Below, piece after piece: positions 27,441 through 37,690 of a stretch of 57,910 nucleotides of DNA (position 1 is the stretch's first letter; each line of letters opens with the position of its first letter). Under the pieces are notes generated by a model, which saw nothing but the letters and a program-made list of their open reading frames with translations, was not told where the DNA came from and made no database searches. The translations under genes were made by a program, and so were the position numbers. This stretch comes from Candidatus Aenigmatarchaeota archaeon (GTDB lineage Archaea; Aenigmatarchaeota; Aenigmatarchaeia; GW2011-AR5). The stretch lies in NCBI GenBank assembly GCA_043799385.1, contig JAZDNV010000031.1:1-57910 (forward strand). The letters are read 5' to 3'.

Positions 27441-28835
27441 ATGTTTGATTCTCTAAAGAAACGGCTAAAAGAAGTTTTCAAAAAGGCGACTGCGATTGTT
27501 GAAAAGCCGGAAGAGATTAGAGAAGAAAAAAAGGAGATAAAGGAAGAGGCAATCGAGGAAAAAGTTGAAAAATACAAAGAGATTGAAGAGAAGGAAGAGC
27601 GTGTAAAAGAATTCGAGGAAGTTGAAGGGAAAGAAGAAATCACCGCAACTGAAGAAAAAGATGATGACCTTATAGCGGAAGTTGAGAAGGAGGTCGTGAA
27701 AGAGGAACTGCCAGAAGAGTTTGCGGCAAAGGAGAAAGAAATCGAAGAAGAGATACCCAAGATAAAGAAGGAATTGGCTGAGCTGGAAGATGATGTAGGA
27801 ATAGAGAAAGAAAAAAATATAGAAATAGTTGAGGCAGAATTGGCGGTTCTGAAGCCAAAGTTGGAATTCGAGAAAGAACTAAAAGAGGAGCCGATTGGCA
27901 AGAAAGAACGGGAAGAAGAGATTAAAGTTGAGATTCGCGAAGAAAAGAAAGAGAAAAAAGGCTTGTTCTCCCGTCTGCTTCCGGGCATTGTCAAGAAAGT
28001 CACTGAAAAAAAGCTTTCGGTCGGCGATGTTGATACGATATTGAACGAACTAAAAACTGCGTTGCTTGAAAATGACGTTGCATTTGCCGTAGCCGAGAAG
28101 ATATGCAACGACGTGAAAAGCGATTTAGTCGATAAATCCGTGAAGCGCGGCAGCGTTGAGGAGATAATTAAAGCGTCGCTTCATAGCGCAATGCTCGATG
28201 TCATGAGTCAGGAAAAAATAGATTTGGAGAAGATGATTGAAAAAAAGCAGCCGTTCACTATAATATTTCTCGGCTTTAATGGAACTGGAAAGACGACAAC
28301 GATGGCAAAGCTTGCGCACAAGTTCAAGAAACACAAGCCGGTAATCGCCGCTGCTGACACGTTCCGTGCAGCGAGCATCGAGCAACTGGAGGAGCATGCA
28401 TCACGGCTAAAAGTCGATTTAGTCAAACATAAGTATGGTTCTGATTCCGCAGCCGTGATATTCGACGCAAAGAAGCACGCGGAAGCGGTCGGAGCAGGAA
28501 TCGTTCTTGCCGATACAGCCGGAAGAAGCCATGCCAACGCAAACCTGATGGACGAGCTAAAGAAGATATGCAAAGTCAACAACCCCGATATGAAGATTCT
28601 GGTCCTTGATTCGCTGACTGGCAACGATATCTACGAGCAGTCGCGTTTATTCAACGACGCTGTAGGCGTTGATGGAATAATACTCACGAAAGCCGACGTA
28701 TACGAAAAAGGCGGAGCGGCGCTATCAGCTTCTTATACAATAAAGAAGCCGATTCTCTATCTTGGCGTCGGCCAGAACTATGACGACCTGAAAGAGTTCA
28801 ATCCACAGGATATCGCGGATAAGCTGCTGAAATAA
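27441..28835 (+). CDS. ftsY: SRP receptor FtsY
   Basis: Acidic N-terminal region; GFNGTGKTTT, DTFRAA, DTAGR, TKAD, GVGQ.Y.DL. Confidence 0.96.
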   Translation: MFDSLKKRLKEVFKKATAIVEKPEEIREEKKEIKEEAIEEKVEKYKEIEEKEERVKEFEEVEGKEEITATEEKDDDLIAEVEKEVVKEELPEEFAAKEKEIEEEIPKIKKELAELEDDVGIEKEKNIEIVEAELAVLKPKLEFEKELKEEPIGKKEREEEIKVEIREEKKEKKGLFSRLLPGIVKKVTEKKLSVGDVDTILNELKTALLENDVAFAVAEKICNDVKSDLVDKSVKRGSVEEIIKASLHSAMLDVMSQEKIDLEKMIEKKQPFTIIFLGFNGTGKTTTMAKLAHKFKKHKPVIAAADTFRAASIEQLEEHASRLKVDLVKHKYGSDSAAVIFDAKKHAEAVGAGIVLADTAGRSHANANLMDELKKICKVNNPDMKILVLDSLTGNDIYEQSRLFNDAVGVDGIILTKADVYEKGGAALSASYTIKKPILYLGVGQNYDDLKEFNPQDIADKLLK

Positions 28836-28836
28836 A

Positions 28837-29388
28837 TCACAGCAAGAAGAACGATAAACCTATCAATATAAAAATTATTCCCGCAACTTTTGAGATTAAT
28901 TTCTTGTCGATCCTTTCGGAAATAATTTTTCCAAGATAGATTGCCAATGCTGAAAGAATCGCTAGTGCAACGATTGCGCCAATGAGCACTGATAATGCAT
29001 CGTACTGAGTCGCCAATAAACCGGAAGCGATTTGAGTTTTGTCACCCATCTCAGCGATAAATATGAGCATAAACCCCGACAGAAACGAGTTTTTTGAATA
29101 CAGTTTTCCCTCGTCTTTTTCCCTCTTGTCGAGGAGTATCATCAAGCCGAAGGCTATGAACAATGCGCCTGAGACCGTTCTGATTATCTGCATTGGCATA
29201 ATTTCCGCAAACCATGATCCGGCTAAAATTGCTATGCCGTCAACTATAACGTATGCGATTATTATTCCAAGCAGAAGTTGCAGATGCTTCTTTGTTTTTG
29301 ATGAAATAAGAAGTATCGCCAGCTGCGTCTTGTCGCCTAATTCTGCTAGCGCTATTGCAATAAAAGAAAGAAATACCTCCGTTATCAT
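28837..29388 (-). CDS. TMEM165/GDT1 (UPF0016) Ca/Mn transporter family
   Basis: Two E(L/M)GDKTQ motifs. Confidence 0.92.
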   Translation of the reverse strand: MITEVFLSFIAIALAELGDKTQLAILLISSKTKKHLQLLLGIIIAYVIVDGIAILAGSWFAEIMPMQIIRTVSGALFIAFGLMILLDKREKDEGKLYSKNSFLSGFMLIFIAEMGDKTQIASGLLATQYDALSVLIGAIVALAILSALAIYLGKIISERIDKKLISKVAGIIFILIGLSFFLL

Positions 29389-29400
29389 TGCCGATCAGGA

Positions 29401-30189
29401 CTACTTCAACAATTCACGAAGTTCGTTGCCCTTTTCAATCGCAAGGGCAATCATTTCGTCTATCTCTTCCAGCGTTAATCCCGTTGAGCCGCCCTTCTGC
29501 ATCGAGCACATATAAACGCCGTCTTTCTTTTCGACTGTTCCCACTGTCAGGCGCGAATCCAATGCCTCGAATTCTACAAGACAAGGATCGACTAAAAGCT
29601 TGCCGTCTATCTTTGCAACTGTTGTTGACACTGGTATGCCTTCTATCGGCAGCGGTTTTGTTTTCTTCTCATAATTTATTTTAAACTCCTCGCCGATTTC
29701 AGGTATTCTCGCATTCATCAACGCGGCTATTGCGGCTAGCCCTGATGCATCAATAAGGTTGCCATCATCGTCAAGGATGTCTATGTCAACAAAAACCATC
29801 CATACGTGCTCCTTGTCGATTGCAAGTTTCTTGAAGTCTATGCATTTTGATTCGCGTATTGCGCGGTCAACTACTCGCGCTAATTCAATCGCTGCTGCGC
29901 CTGGCGGACCGGACTCAAATTCCGGTGACGCTAGTGGCACAAATTCTGCACCGACGGACATAACTCCCTCGTCAGGCGTATCAGAATACGGTTCGCCTAT
30001 GTCCATCTTTATTCCGGCGATAACTTTTGTGTTGCCTATCTCAACTCTTGCCGAGCCTTCGGCTGACGATATTACGCCTTTCTCTATCTTTATTTTCCTG
30101 TATAAATCGAACTTACGGTTATCAATCCTTACGCCCTTTTCGGCCATCTCTCTTATAAGGTCAGAATCTATTGTTATCATTTTTATCAC
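29401..30189 (-). CDS. rrp42: Exosome complex component Rrp42
   Basis: RIDNR, AEGSA.V.IG.TKV, FESGPP, ELARVVDRAIRES, DDDGNLIDA. Confidence 0.95.
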   Translation of the reverse strand: MIKMITIDSDLIREMAEKGVRIDNRKFDLYRKIKIEKGVISSAEGSARVEIGNTKVIAGIKMDIGEPYSDTPDEGVMSVGAEFVPLASPEFESGPPGAAAIELARVVDRAIRESKCIDFKKLAIDKEHVWMVFVDIDILDDDGNLIDASGLAAIAALMNARIPEIGEEFKINYEKKTKPLPIEGIPVSTTVAKIDGKLLVDPCLVEFEALDSRLTVGTVEKKDGVYMCSMQKGGSTGLTLEEIDEMIALAIEKGNELRELLK

Positions 30190-30908
30190 TCCTCCATTTC
30201 CTCAATCATATATTTCTTCTTCAAAGCATCCTTCTGCTTTTCATATACCTCTTCAGCGCCCTTCACTGCGAGCGCGATTATCTTTTTCACATTCTCGCTT
30301 TTCGCCAAGCCGTCCATCTGCAGAAGCGTTATCTGCCTCTTTCTCGGATAGTAAGCGATTGGCAGGTCCAAGTCGCCGGTCGTATCCTCTTTGCCAGCTA
30401 TGTCAAGGACGATGTTGCCTTCGACGATTCCTGCAGAGCAGCTGGCAATTAAATCTTTCATCGGTATTCCTGCGTCCGCTAAAGCAAGAGCCGCTGCGTT
30501 TATTCCTGTGCATCGCGTTGATGCATCTGCTTGCAATACTTCAATATGCACGTCAATCGCAGTTTTTGGGAATTCGTCAAGAAGTATGACTGATTCCAAT
30601 GACTGCCTTGTCACATACGATATCTCAATGCTTCTACGGTTGACGCCTGGACGGTTGCGTGTTTCCGTGGAAAACGGCGCCATGTTGTATTTTGTCCTGA
30701 GTATCGCCCGTTCCGCTTTTTCCTCATGTTTTGGAAAGACCTTTCTTGGCCCGTATACGCCTGCTATTGCAGTAGTATTGCCAATTCTGAATAACGCAGA
30801 GCCGTCTGCCTTTTTCAAGACGCCGACTTTAGCTTCTATCGGCCTTAATTCATCCAACTTGCGTCCGTCGATTCTTATCCCGTTCTTTATCAATTGTTTT
30901 TTTATCAT
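30186..30908 (-). CDS. rrp41: Exosome complex exonuclease Rrp41
   Basis: RIDGRK.DELRP, ADGSA, YNMAPFS, RRSIEIS, QADASTR, EDTTG. Confidence 0.96.
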   Translation of the reverse strand: MIKKQLIKNGIRIDGRKLDELRPIEAKVGVLKKADGSALFRIGNTTAIAGVYGPRKVFPKHEEKAERAILRTKYNMAPFSTETRNRPGVNRRSIEISYVTRQSLESVILLDEFPKTAIDVHIEVLQADASTRCTGINAAALALADAGIPMKDLIASCSAGIVEGNIVLDIAGKEDTTGDLDLPIAYYPRKRQITLLQMDGLAKSENVKKIIALAVKGAEEVYEKQKDALKKKYMIEEMEE

Positions 30909-30912
30909 ACAA

Positions 30913-31581
30913 TCACTTCCCTCCCATTTTTTCCTCCAGCACTGATTTGATGTGTTCTGTCAGGCCGGATATGTGCGATTTTTCCTCTATTATCAATACT
31001 GCTTCGGCAGCGATGCCCTCGTTGTCGCCTTTGACCCACACCAAGCCGTTCTGGCCCACGACTATCTGGGTGCCGGTCAAATCTTTTATCATCTCCACCA
31101 TGCTTCCACCTTTTCCTATTATTCTCGGTACTTTTGCCGGCGTAACCCTTATCAGGCGACCGCCCTTGAGCTTTCTGCATTTCCTGTTCCTCATGGATAA
31201 CTGCACGTTTTTTGTTTTAGTTACCGTAGATATCTCTGCAAATATCAGGTCCTCGTAATCGAAATATTTCGTAAGCTCGACTTTCGTCATGTCTATGAAC
31301 TCATCAGTCGCTTCGCTCAGCGGCAACACAGCCTGATATGGCGAGTTTATGTCGACAATCCATTTCGAGAATATGACATCTTCTATGCGGCCGATAACTC
31401 CGTCGCCGCGCTTAGGATTGTATATCCCGCTCAAAGGTATTACAAAATGTAACCCTTCCTTTTCTTCAGCAAGGCCGACTACCTTTGAGATTATCTTTCC
31501 GTCCTCCTCGAACGTGCCATGACCGGAGTGACCTTCGCCTAAAAGCTCGCCCGGTATCACGACTCTTCTTTTATCTTCCAT
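30913..31581 (-). CDS. rrp4: Exosome complex RNA-binding protein Rrp4
   Basis: VIPGE, Y.P..GD.VIG (S1), KVPRIIGKGGSM, VGQNG (KH). Confidence 0.94.
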   Translation of the reverse strand: MEDKRRVVIPGELLGEGHSGHGTFEEDGKIISKVVGLAEEKEGLHFVIPLSGIYNPKRGDGVIGRIEDVIFSKWIVDINSPYQAVLPLSEATDEFIDMTKVELTKYFDYEDLIFAEISTVTKTKNVQLSMRNRKCRKLKGGRLIRVTPAKVPRIIGKGGSMVEMIKDLTGTQIVVGQNGLVWVKGDNEGIAAEAVLIIEEKSHISGLTEHIKSVLEEKMGGK

Positions 31582-32270
31582 TATTTCACCTCTTCTATTC
31601 TTGCATTGCCTTCGCAGATTGCATTCAATTTCCTGAAAAGATTTTCCTTCATGCCGGCCGGTATCCTCACGCTCGCGCTCAGCGAGCCGTCTGACAGATA
31701 CTGCGATTTTGCATTGAACTCTTTCATCACGCCGTAGCAGCGTGACGAATAAGCTGCAGGAATCTCGACGTTGAACGTCAATTCGTCGAAGGATATCGGC
31801 ATTATCTCCTTCAGCGCTTTTACAACGTTCTCTACTTGCTGCTCAGCTGGTTTGAAAGGGTCGATAGACACTTTTGCATTCTCGAGCGCAGAAAGTATTC
31901 TGTCCGGAGGGTGCGGCAATCGCGTCTGCGGGTTTATCGCATTCCTTGATATAAACGTTGCAATCTGTTTTTTCTTCTCCTCGACCTTCTTTCTTCTGAA
32001 CTCGGTCGTCAGCTGAATTTCGCCCTTCTTCACAATTGTTTCTGCAATCTTTTCAATATCATACGAGTCGAATCCTTTCTGCAAGTCAGCTTCGCTTGAT
32101 TTCGTCCCTTTCTTTGCGTCTGTGAATATTATATTCGCTGCTAACATCCTACTGAGAGAAATAATCTTTCCTTCCTTCAGGTCATAAGCTAGGTCAGGGT
32201 CAACAAGAACTTCAAAATGTTTTCCGTCCCTGTCAAACTTAGCTATTATCGCTTCATCGACTGTAACCAT
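31581..32270 (-). CDS. Ribosome maturation factor SBDS/Sdo1
   Basis: [35 protein letters not shown]; start moved to MVTVDE. Confidence 0.95.
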   Translation of the reverse strand: MVTVDEAIIAKFDRDGKHFEVLVDPDLAYDLKEGKIISLSRMLAANIIFTDAKKGTKSSEADLQKGFDSYDIEKIAETIVKKGEIQLTTEFRRKKVEEKKKQIATFISRNAINPQTRLPHPPDRILSALENAKVSIDPFKPAEQQVENVVKALKEIMPISFDELTFNVEIPAAYSSRCYGVMKEFNAKSQYLSDGSLSASVRIPAGMKENLFRKLNAICEGNARIEEVK

Positions 32271-32375
32271 TTTCTCACCAGTAACCAACCCCTTCTCGTA
32301 ATGTAAAAACGGTAAACAAGGGGTTTTCCGTAACTCCAAATTTACTTTACTTATTATGAACAGAAATGTTTTTAA

Positions 32376-32603
32376 ATGGATTTCGGGATAATCAACATTC
32401 AGGTGAAATCCGTGAATTTTATCAGCAGATTTATTGCAAGATGCGCGGCTGAAGCAGTTCTGTCAGAAACGGCTGAGGATCATCATGAAAAGCTGGAAAG
32501 ACTTCAACAAAGAATAACACAGTACGGTTATCCAAAGCCTAAATCAGAAAAAGAGGGTATTTTCTGGCAAGAGTATAGAACAAGGTTTGGATCATATATT
32601 TAA
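32376..32603 (+). CDS. Hypothetical protein (75 aa)
   Basis: AT-rich ORF antisense to and interrupting the psmA-SBDS cluster. Confidence 0.45.
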   Translation: MDFGIINIQVKSVNFISRFIARCAAEAVLSETAEDHHEKLERLQQRITQYGYPKPKSEKEGIFWQEYRTRFGSYI

Positions 32604-32614
32604 CAGGCAGAGAT

Positions 32615-32779
32615 ATGGACTACGCGAACGGTTTCAAAAAACAGTACGAAAAAATTAGTCGATATGGTGAGATTGTTTCTACAAACAGCTATTCGGTCAG
32701 TTCCCATTACGCGCACATATCGACCGTGCAATGCTCTGGTGGATGCTGCAATCAGAGAAAACGATACGAATTCTTCTAG
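32615..32779 (+). CDS. Possible small ORF (54 aa)
   Basis: MDYANGFKKQYEKISRYGEIVST...RYEFF fills the gap exactly up to the psmA stop; no homology recognised. Confidence 0.3.
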   Translation: MDYANGFKKQYEKISRYGEIVSTNSYSVSSHYAHISTVQCSGGCCNQRKRYEFF

Positions 32780-32782
32780 AAA

Positions 32783-33505
32783 TCACACGTACTTCTTCGT
32801 TAACTCCTTTGTCGTGTTCCTGTCGATTATGCTGAATTTTCCGTTCTCGATTATGCCTATTTCGACTGACCTAGATGCCAGCTTTTTCTCGCCAGACTTT
32901 AACGACTTTAGCGCTAAATCAATCGCCCTGTCCTTTGACATGCCTTCTTTGTATTCATCTATCAACACTTTGCGTGCGTCTTTTGAGCCGCGGCCAATTG
33001 CGTGCGCCTTCCATTCGCGCAACGTTCCTGATGGATCGGTTTCGAACAGATGCGGACCCTCATTCACGCCTGCTATCAGCATTCCTACGCCGTAAGGCCG
33101 CAAGCCGCCCATCTGCGTAAATCGCTGCTCGCGATCGCAGATATCCTTCACCAGAGCGGAAATTTCTATCGGCTCGTTGTACGTTATACGGTTGACTTGG
33201 CAACGGGTCCTGGCGTAATCGACTAAAACGCGGCAGTCAGCGAGAATGCCGCAAGTCGCAGAGCCGATGTGCTCGTCAATTTTCGAAACTTTCTCGATGC
33301 TCTCAGGCACGAGCAATTTCTGCATTGACCTTGTCGCGACCAGAGCGACGCCGTTTGCAAACACAATACCTACTGCTGTAGTCGCCTTTTCCACGGCTTT
33401 TCTGGCATATTCGATTTGATACATCCTTCCTTCAGGAGAGAAAACGATCATCGCACGATCATAACCCATTTGTTTCATTGGAGGAGCTATTTCCACAATC
33501 ATCAC
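32783..33505 (-). CDS. psmA: Proteasome alpha subunit
   Basis: GYDRA...FSP.GR.YQIEYA, RPYGV..LIAG, LFETDPSG, AIGRG; real start probably GTG 33496. Confidence 0.96.
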   Translation of the reverse strand: MMIVEIAPPMKQMGYDRAMIVFSPEGRMYQIEYARKAVEKATTAVGIVFANGVALVATRSMQKLLVPESIEKVSKIDEHIGSATCGILADCRVLVDYARTRCQVNRITYNEPIEISALVKDICDREQRFTQMGGLRPYGVGMLIAGVNEGPHLFETDPSGTLREWKAHAIGRGSKDARKVLIDEYKEGMSKDRAIDLALKSLKSGEKKLASRSVEIGIIENGKFSIIDRNTTKELTKKYV

Positions 33506-33719
33506 CGAGAATACTAATTAAATAATTTGATAAGCTTAAATAATTTCATAAACCGCCCAAAGAAAAACTATTTAATATTTTAAAATCATTTCAGATGATT
33601 TTAATATTAAATACAAAAGGTATTTAATATTTTAATTACATGATTTAAGTCTGATTAGAGCGAAATCTTTTGCTTTAATGAGTTTAAAAAAGTAATCAAA
33701 TAAATAGGCAAGGATACTT

Positions 33720-34145
33720 ATGGCAGGAGAATTTGGAGCAAGGAAATTGAAGAAGGATAGGCAAAAGTTTAGGTGGAAAAAATCAAAATATCGCATAAGG
33801 AAATTGCACCTAAAGGAGAAGAAAGACCCGCTTGGCGGAGCGCCGCAGGCACGAGGAATCGTCCTAGAGAAGCGTGTTGTCGAGCAAAAGCAGCCGCATT
33901 CCGGGCTTATCAAATGCGTTCGTGTACGTCTAGTGAAAAACGGCAAGCAGATAACAGCTTTTGTCCCGAAAACAAAGGCAATTGATTGCATTGCTGAACA
34001 TGACCGTGTTGTCGTCGAAGGGTTGGGCGGCTCGCAGGGCGGTGCTGTCGGCTCGATATCCGGCGTCAAATGGAGGGTCTCGAAAGTCAATGACGTCGCG
34101 CTAGAGCAGGTAAGGATAGGCAAAAAACAAAAACCAGTGAAGTAG
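33720..34145 (+). CDS. rps12: 30S ribosomal protein uS12
   Basis: [38 protein letters not shown]. Confidence 0.95.
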   Translation: MAGEFGARKLKKDRQKFRWKKSKYRIRKLHLKEKKDPLGGAPQARGIVLEKRVVEQKQPHSGLIKCVRVRLVKNGKQITAFVPKTKAIDCIAEHDRVVVEGLGGSQGGAVGSISGVKWRVSKVNDVALEQVRIGKKQKPVK

Positions 34146-34146
34146 C

Positions 34147-34848
34147 ATGGCAGAAGAAAAAATCACCGCAACTGAAGAAAAAGCAGCCGTCAAAGTCAAG
34201 AAGGAGAAGAAGTTGCAGAAGGAGAAGAAGCCGACGATAAAAAAAGATGTTGTGCTGCCGCCGATAAAGTTATTCGGCAAGTGGGACAGCAGCGTTGATG
34301 TTAACGACGCCGGTCTAAAAAAATATATTAATCTGAAGCCAAGAATACTACCGCGTTCTGCCGGCATTTTCAGAAAGAGGTTCCACAAATCAAAAATGCA
34401 TATAGTTGAAAGGTTTGCGTTGCACATGCTTGTTCCCGGACACATGGGCAAAAAGCATAGATTGACGTCTGGTCACATGGCTGGAAATGTCGCCAAGATT
34501 ATGAAAAATATCGAGAGTGCCTTTGACGTAATCGAAGCGAAAGAAAAGAAATCGCCTGTTGAAGTCTTGGTGAGGGCGATAGAAAACGCCGCGGTAAGGG
34601 AGGAAGTGATGTCATATCAGATCGGCAGCATAACAGCCCGAGATGCGGTTATATCATCCCCGCAAAGAAGAATTGACAAGACGCTTGAAAACTTTGCCCG
34701 TGGCATCTACAGGAGGACGTTCAAAAAGAACAAGACGCTTTCAGACGTAATCGCAGAAGAGCTGATTGCAGCGTCTCACAATTCTGCTGACAGCTTCGCG
34801 ATAAAGGAGAAGGAAAGGATAGAGAGAGAAGCGACCGGCTCTCGTTAA
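34147..34848 (+). CDS. rps7: 30S ribosomal protein uS7
   Basis: KLFGKWD, F.KSKMHIVER, LVRAIENAA.REE, SPQRRID. Confidence 0.95.
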   Translation: MAEEKITATEEKAAVKVKKEKKLQKEKKPTIKKDVVLPPIKLFGKWDSSVDVNDAGLKKYINLKPRILPRSAGIFRKRFHKSKMHIVERFALHMLVPGHMGKKHRLTSGHMAGNVAKIMKNIESAFDVIEAKEKKSPVEVLVRAIENAAVREEVMSYQIGSITARDAVISSPQRRIDKTLENFARGIYRRTFKKNKTLSDVIAEELIAASHNSADSFAIKEKERIEREATGSR

Positions 34849-34895
34849 TCTTCTTATCCGAATATTTAATATATTCAAAAAAATAAGATGATAGT

Positions 34896-37067
34896 ATGGC
34901 AAAAGAAAAAATGGAATTGATTCAGGAACTCATGCACAAGCCTGACCATATTCGCAATATGGGCATAGCTGCGCATATCGACCATGGCAAGACCACGCTT
35001 TCCGACAACCTGCTTGCAGGTGCAGGCATGACTTCCGAAGAGCTTGCTGGTACGCAGCTTTTCATGGATTCCGACAAGCAGGAGCAGGAACGAGGAATAA
35101 CGATATTCTCTGCCAATGCGAGCATGGTCCACAACGTTGACGGAAAAGACTATCTCGTCAACCTGATTGATACGCCAGGTCACGTCGATTTCGGTGGCGA
35201 CGTCACGCGCGCAATGCGCGCAGTTGACGGCGCGGTTATCGTTGCATGCGCAGTCGAGGGCGTCATGCCTCAGACAGAGACAGTGATAAGGCAGGCGTTG
35301 CACGAGCGAGTCAAGCCGGTTCTATTCATAAATAAGGTTGACCGTTTGATAAGGGAATTGAAGTTCACGCCGGAGCAGATGCAGGAGAGATTTTTCAAGA
35401 TAATAACCCATGTCAACAGGCTGATACAAAAATACGCGGAGAAGGAGTTTGCTGAAAAATGGCTGGTGAACGTGGAGAACGGTTCGGTCGCTTTTGGCTC
35501 AGCATACAGGAAATGGGCTATTTCTGCCGCATACATGAAAAAGGAGAAGATATCCTTCAAGGATATCATCGATTACTGCTCTACGGAACGCGACAAAGAA
35601 TTATCAAAGCGCGTTCCTTTGCACAAAGTGCTTCTGAATATGGTTACGCATCATCTGCCGAGTCCTGCGGAGTCGCAGAAATACAGGATACCTAAAATCT
35701 GGCACGGAGACATGGAATCAGCTGATGCAAAAGACATGATTAACATGAATGAGAACGGACCGATGATTGCGATAATAACAAAGGTTATCCCTGATCCGCA
35801 TGCAGGGTTGGTCGCGACCGCTCGTCTATTTTCTGGCGTCATAAAGAGGGGCCAGGAGATAAAGATGATAGGCCAGCACCGGACTGCACGCATACAACAG
35901 GTATCGATTTATAAAGGACCGCAAAGAATTACCATGGAAGAAATACCAGCAGGAAATATTGTAGGTATCGTCGGCTTGCCAGACGCATTTTCCGGAGAGA
36001 CGATATCAGAGAAAGATATAGAGCCGTTCGAGGCGATAAAACATCTTTTCGAGCCGGTCGTCACGAAAAGCGTTGAATGCCCACCGAATGATTTACCAAA
36101 GATGATAATGTTTTTGAAGCAGATAGCAAGGGAAGACCCTACGTTCAACATCAAAATAAACGAGGAAACCGGTGAATACCTGATTTCAGGATTAGGCGAG
36201 TTGCACATAGACGCAAAAATCGAGCGTCCGCTTCGCGATAAGGGAATAGAAATCAGAACGTCCCAACCGCTCGTCATCTACCGCGAGACCGTGCAGTCGC
36301 TAAGTCCGGAAGTCGAAGGAAAATCGTCCAACAAGCACAACCGCTTCTTCATCAAGGTCGAGCCTCTGGAGCAAAGCGTTTTTCAGGCATTTGCCGAAGG
36401 AAAGATAGAGGAAAATAACATAAGGAAGGTTTTGAAGCAGGTCATACAAAAACTAGTTGAGTACGGCATGAGCAGAGACGAAGCAAAGAAGTTGGTAGAT
36501 ATCCATAATAGGAATATGCTTCTGGACGTTTCTAAAGGAGCGCAATATCTGAACGAAACGATTGAACTAGTTACAGAGGGTTTCAGAAACGTAATGGATT
36601 CCGGACCTCTATGTGGTGAGCCGTGCACATCGATAAAGGTCAAATTGACAGACGCAAAGCTGCACGAAGACGCGATTCATCGCGGGCCGGCACAGGTATT
36701 GCCTGCAATAAACGATGCAATCAAATCTGCGATGTTCCACGCAAGACCGACATTGCTCGAACCGATACAAACAATACGCATAGACGCGCCAGAGGAATTA
36801 ATAAGCGATGCTATGAACGTAATACAGAACAGGCGCGGTCAAATAATTAATACTGAAGTCGAATTAGGCACTGCAAAAGTCCTTGCTAAATTGCCGGTCG
36901 CCGAGATGTTTGGCTTTGAAGCAATACTCAAGTCTGCAACAGGCGGACGCGGTTTCTACTCGCTAATCGATGTGACGTTTGAAAGGATTCCTGAGGAGTT
37001 GAAGAACAACGTAGTGATGAAAATCCGCGAGAGAAAGGGTTTGTCGAAGGATATTGCTGGCATTTAG
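34896..37067 (+). CDS. fusA: Translation elongation factor aEF-2
   Basis: AHIDHGKTT, RGITI, DTPGHVDF, NKVD; diphthamide loop LHEDAIHRGPAQ intact. Confidence 0.99.
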   Translation: MAKEKMELIQELMHKPDHIRNMGIAAHIDHGKTTLSDNLLAGAGMTSEELAGTQLFMDSDKQEQERGITIFSANASMVHNVDGKDYLVNLIDTPGHVDFGGDVTRAMRAVDGAVIVACAVEGVMPQTETVIRQALHERVKPVLFINKVDRLIRELKFTPEQMQERFFKIITHVNRLIQKYAEKEFAEKWLVNVENGSVAFGSAYRKWAISAAYMKKEKISFKDIIDYCSTERDKELSKRVPLHKVLLNMVTHHLPSPAESQKYRIPKIWHGDMESADAKDMINMNENGPMIAIITKVIPDPHAGLVATARLFSGVIKRGQEIKMIGQHRTARIQQVSIYKGPQRITMEEIPAGNIVGIVGLPDAFSGETISEKDIEPFEAIKHLFEPVVTKSVECPPNDLPKMIMFLKQIAREDPTFNIKINEETGEYLISGLGELHIDAKIERPLRDKGIEIRTSQPLVIYRETVQSLSPEVEGKSSNKHNRFFIKVEPLEQSVFQAFAEGKIEENNIRKVLKQVIQKLVEYGMSRDEAKKLVDIHNRNMLLDVSKGAQYLNETIELVTEGFRNVMDSGPLCGEPCTSIKVKLTDAKLHEDAIHRGPAQVLPAINDAIKSAMFHARPTLLEPIQTIRIDAPEELISDAMNVIQNRRGQIINTEVELGTAKVLAKLPVAEMFGFEAILKSATGGRGFYSLIDVTFERIPEELKNNVVMKIRERKGLSKDIAGI

Positions 37068-37690
37068 ATTATCTTCCCCAATTCTGACAATGAATTTAAA
37101 ATCAACTCCGGGTTTTCTTTTTCAAGAATCGCTTTTGCATGATAGCCAGTGCAAACTGCAGCTGATTTCACTCCTGCTAATTTAGCGGACCTGATGTCAT
37201 AAATCATGTCGCCTACGTATAATGCAGAAGCGGAATCAATGCGAAAATGCCTGCAGACATTCAAAAGGCCTTCCACCTTGTTTCTGGAACTGCCGGAGAT
37301 GAAATCTATCAGCTGGATTAAATTGTAGTGCTCGGCTTCTCTCCTGACGTTTTTTGCAGGATGGCTGCTCAATATCGCAATTTTCTTTCCTTTGTTTTTC
37401 AGATTCTGAAGAATTTCATGTGCGTCAGGATAAACCTGTGGAGCGATGCCTGAGTCATGGACTTCTGTGTAGAGTTTTTCATACAGCAAAAACAGTTCAT
37501 CATGGTTTTTGTCGATGCCAATGCTGTCAAAAAAGTCCAGAATGGTCATCTTCACTTTCGGCAGCCACTCTTCAAAAGAAAGCACGGGTTTGTTAAAATG
37601 CTTCATCAGCCTGATGTTTGTTTCATAAACTGGTTTCCTGTCGTCGCTGATAGTTCCGCTCCAGTCAAAGATGAAGAGTTCTATTTCCAT
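37064..37690 (-). CDS. HAD-family phosphatase (Gph-like)
   Basis: FDWSGTISD, YVGD..YDI.SA..AGV; start moved to MEIELF. Confidence 0.85.
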   Translation of the reverse strand: MEIELFIFDWSGTISDDRKPVYETNIRLMKHFNKPVLSFEEWLPKVKMTILDFFDSIGIDKNHDELFLLYEKLYTEVHDSGIAPQVYPDAHEILQNLKNKGKKIAILSSHPAKNVRREAEHYNLIQLIDFISGSSRNKVEGLLNVCRHFRIDSASALYVGDMIYDIRSAKLAGVKSAAVCTGYHAKAILEKENPELILNSLSELGKII

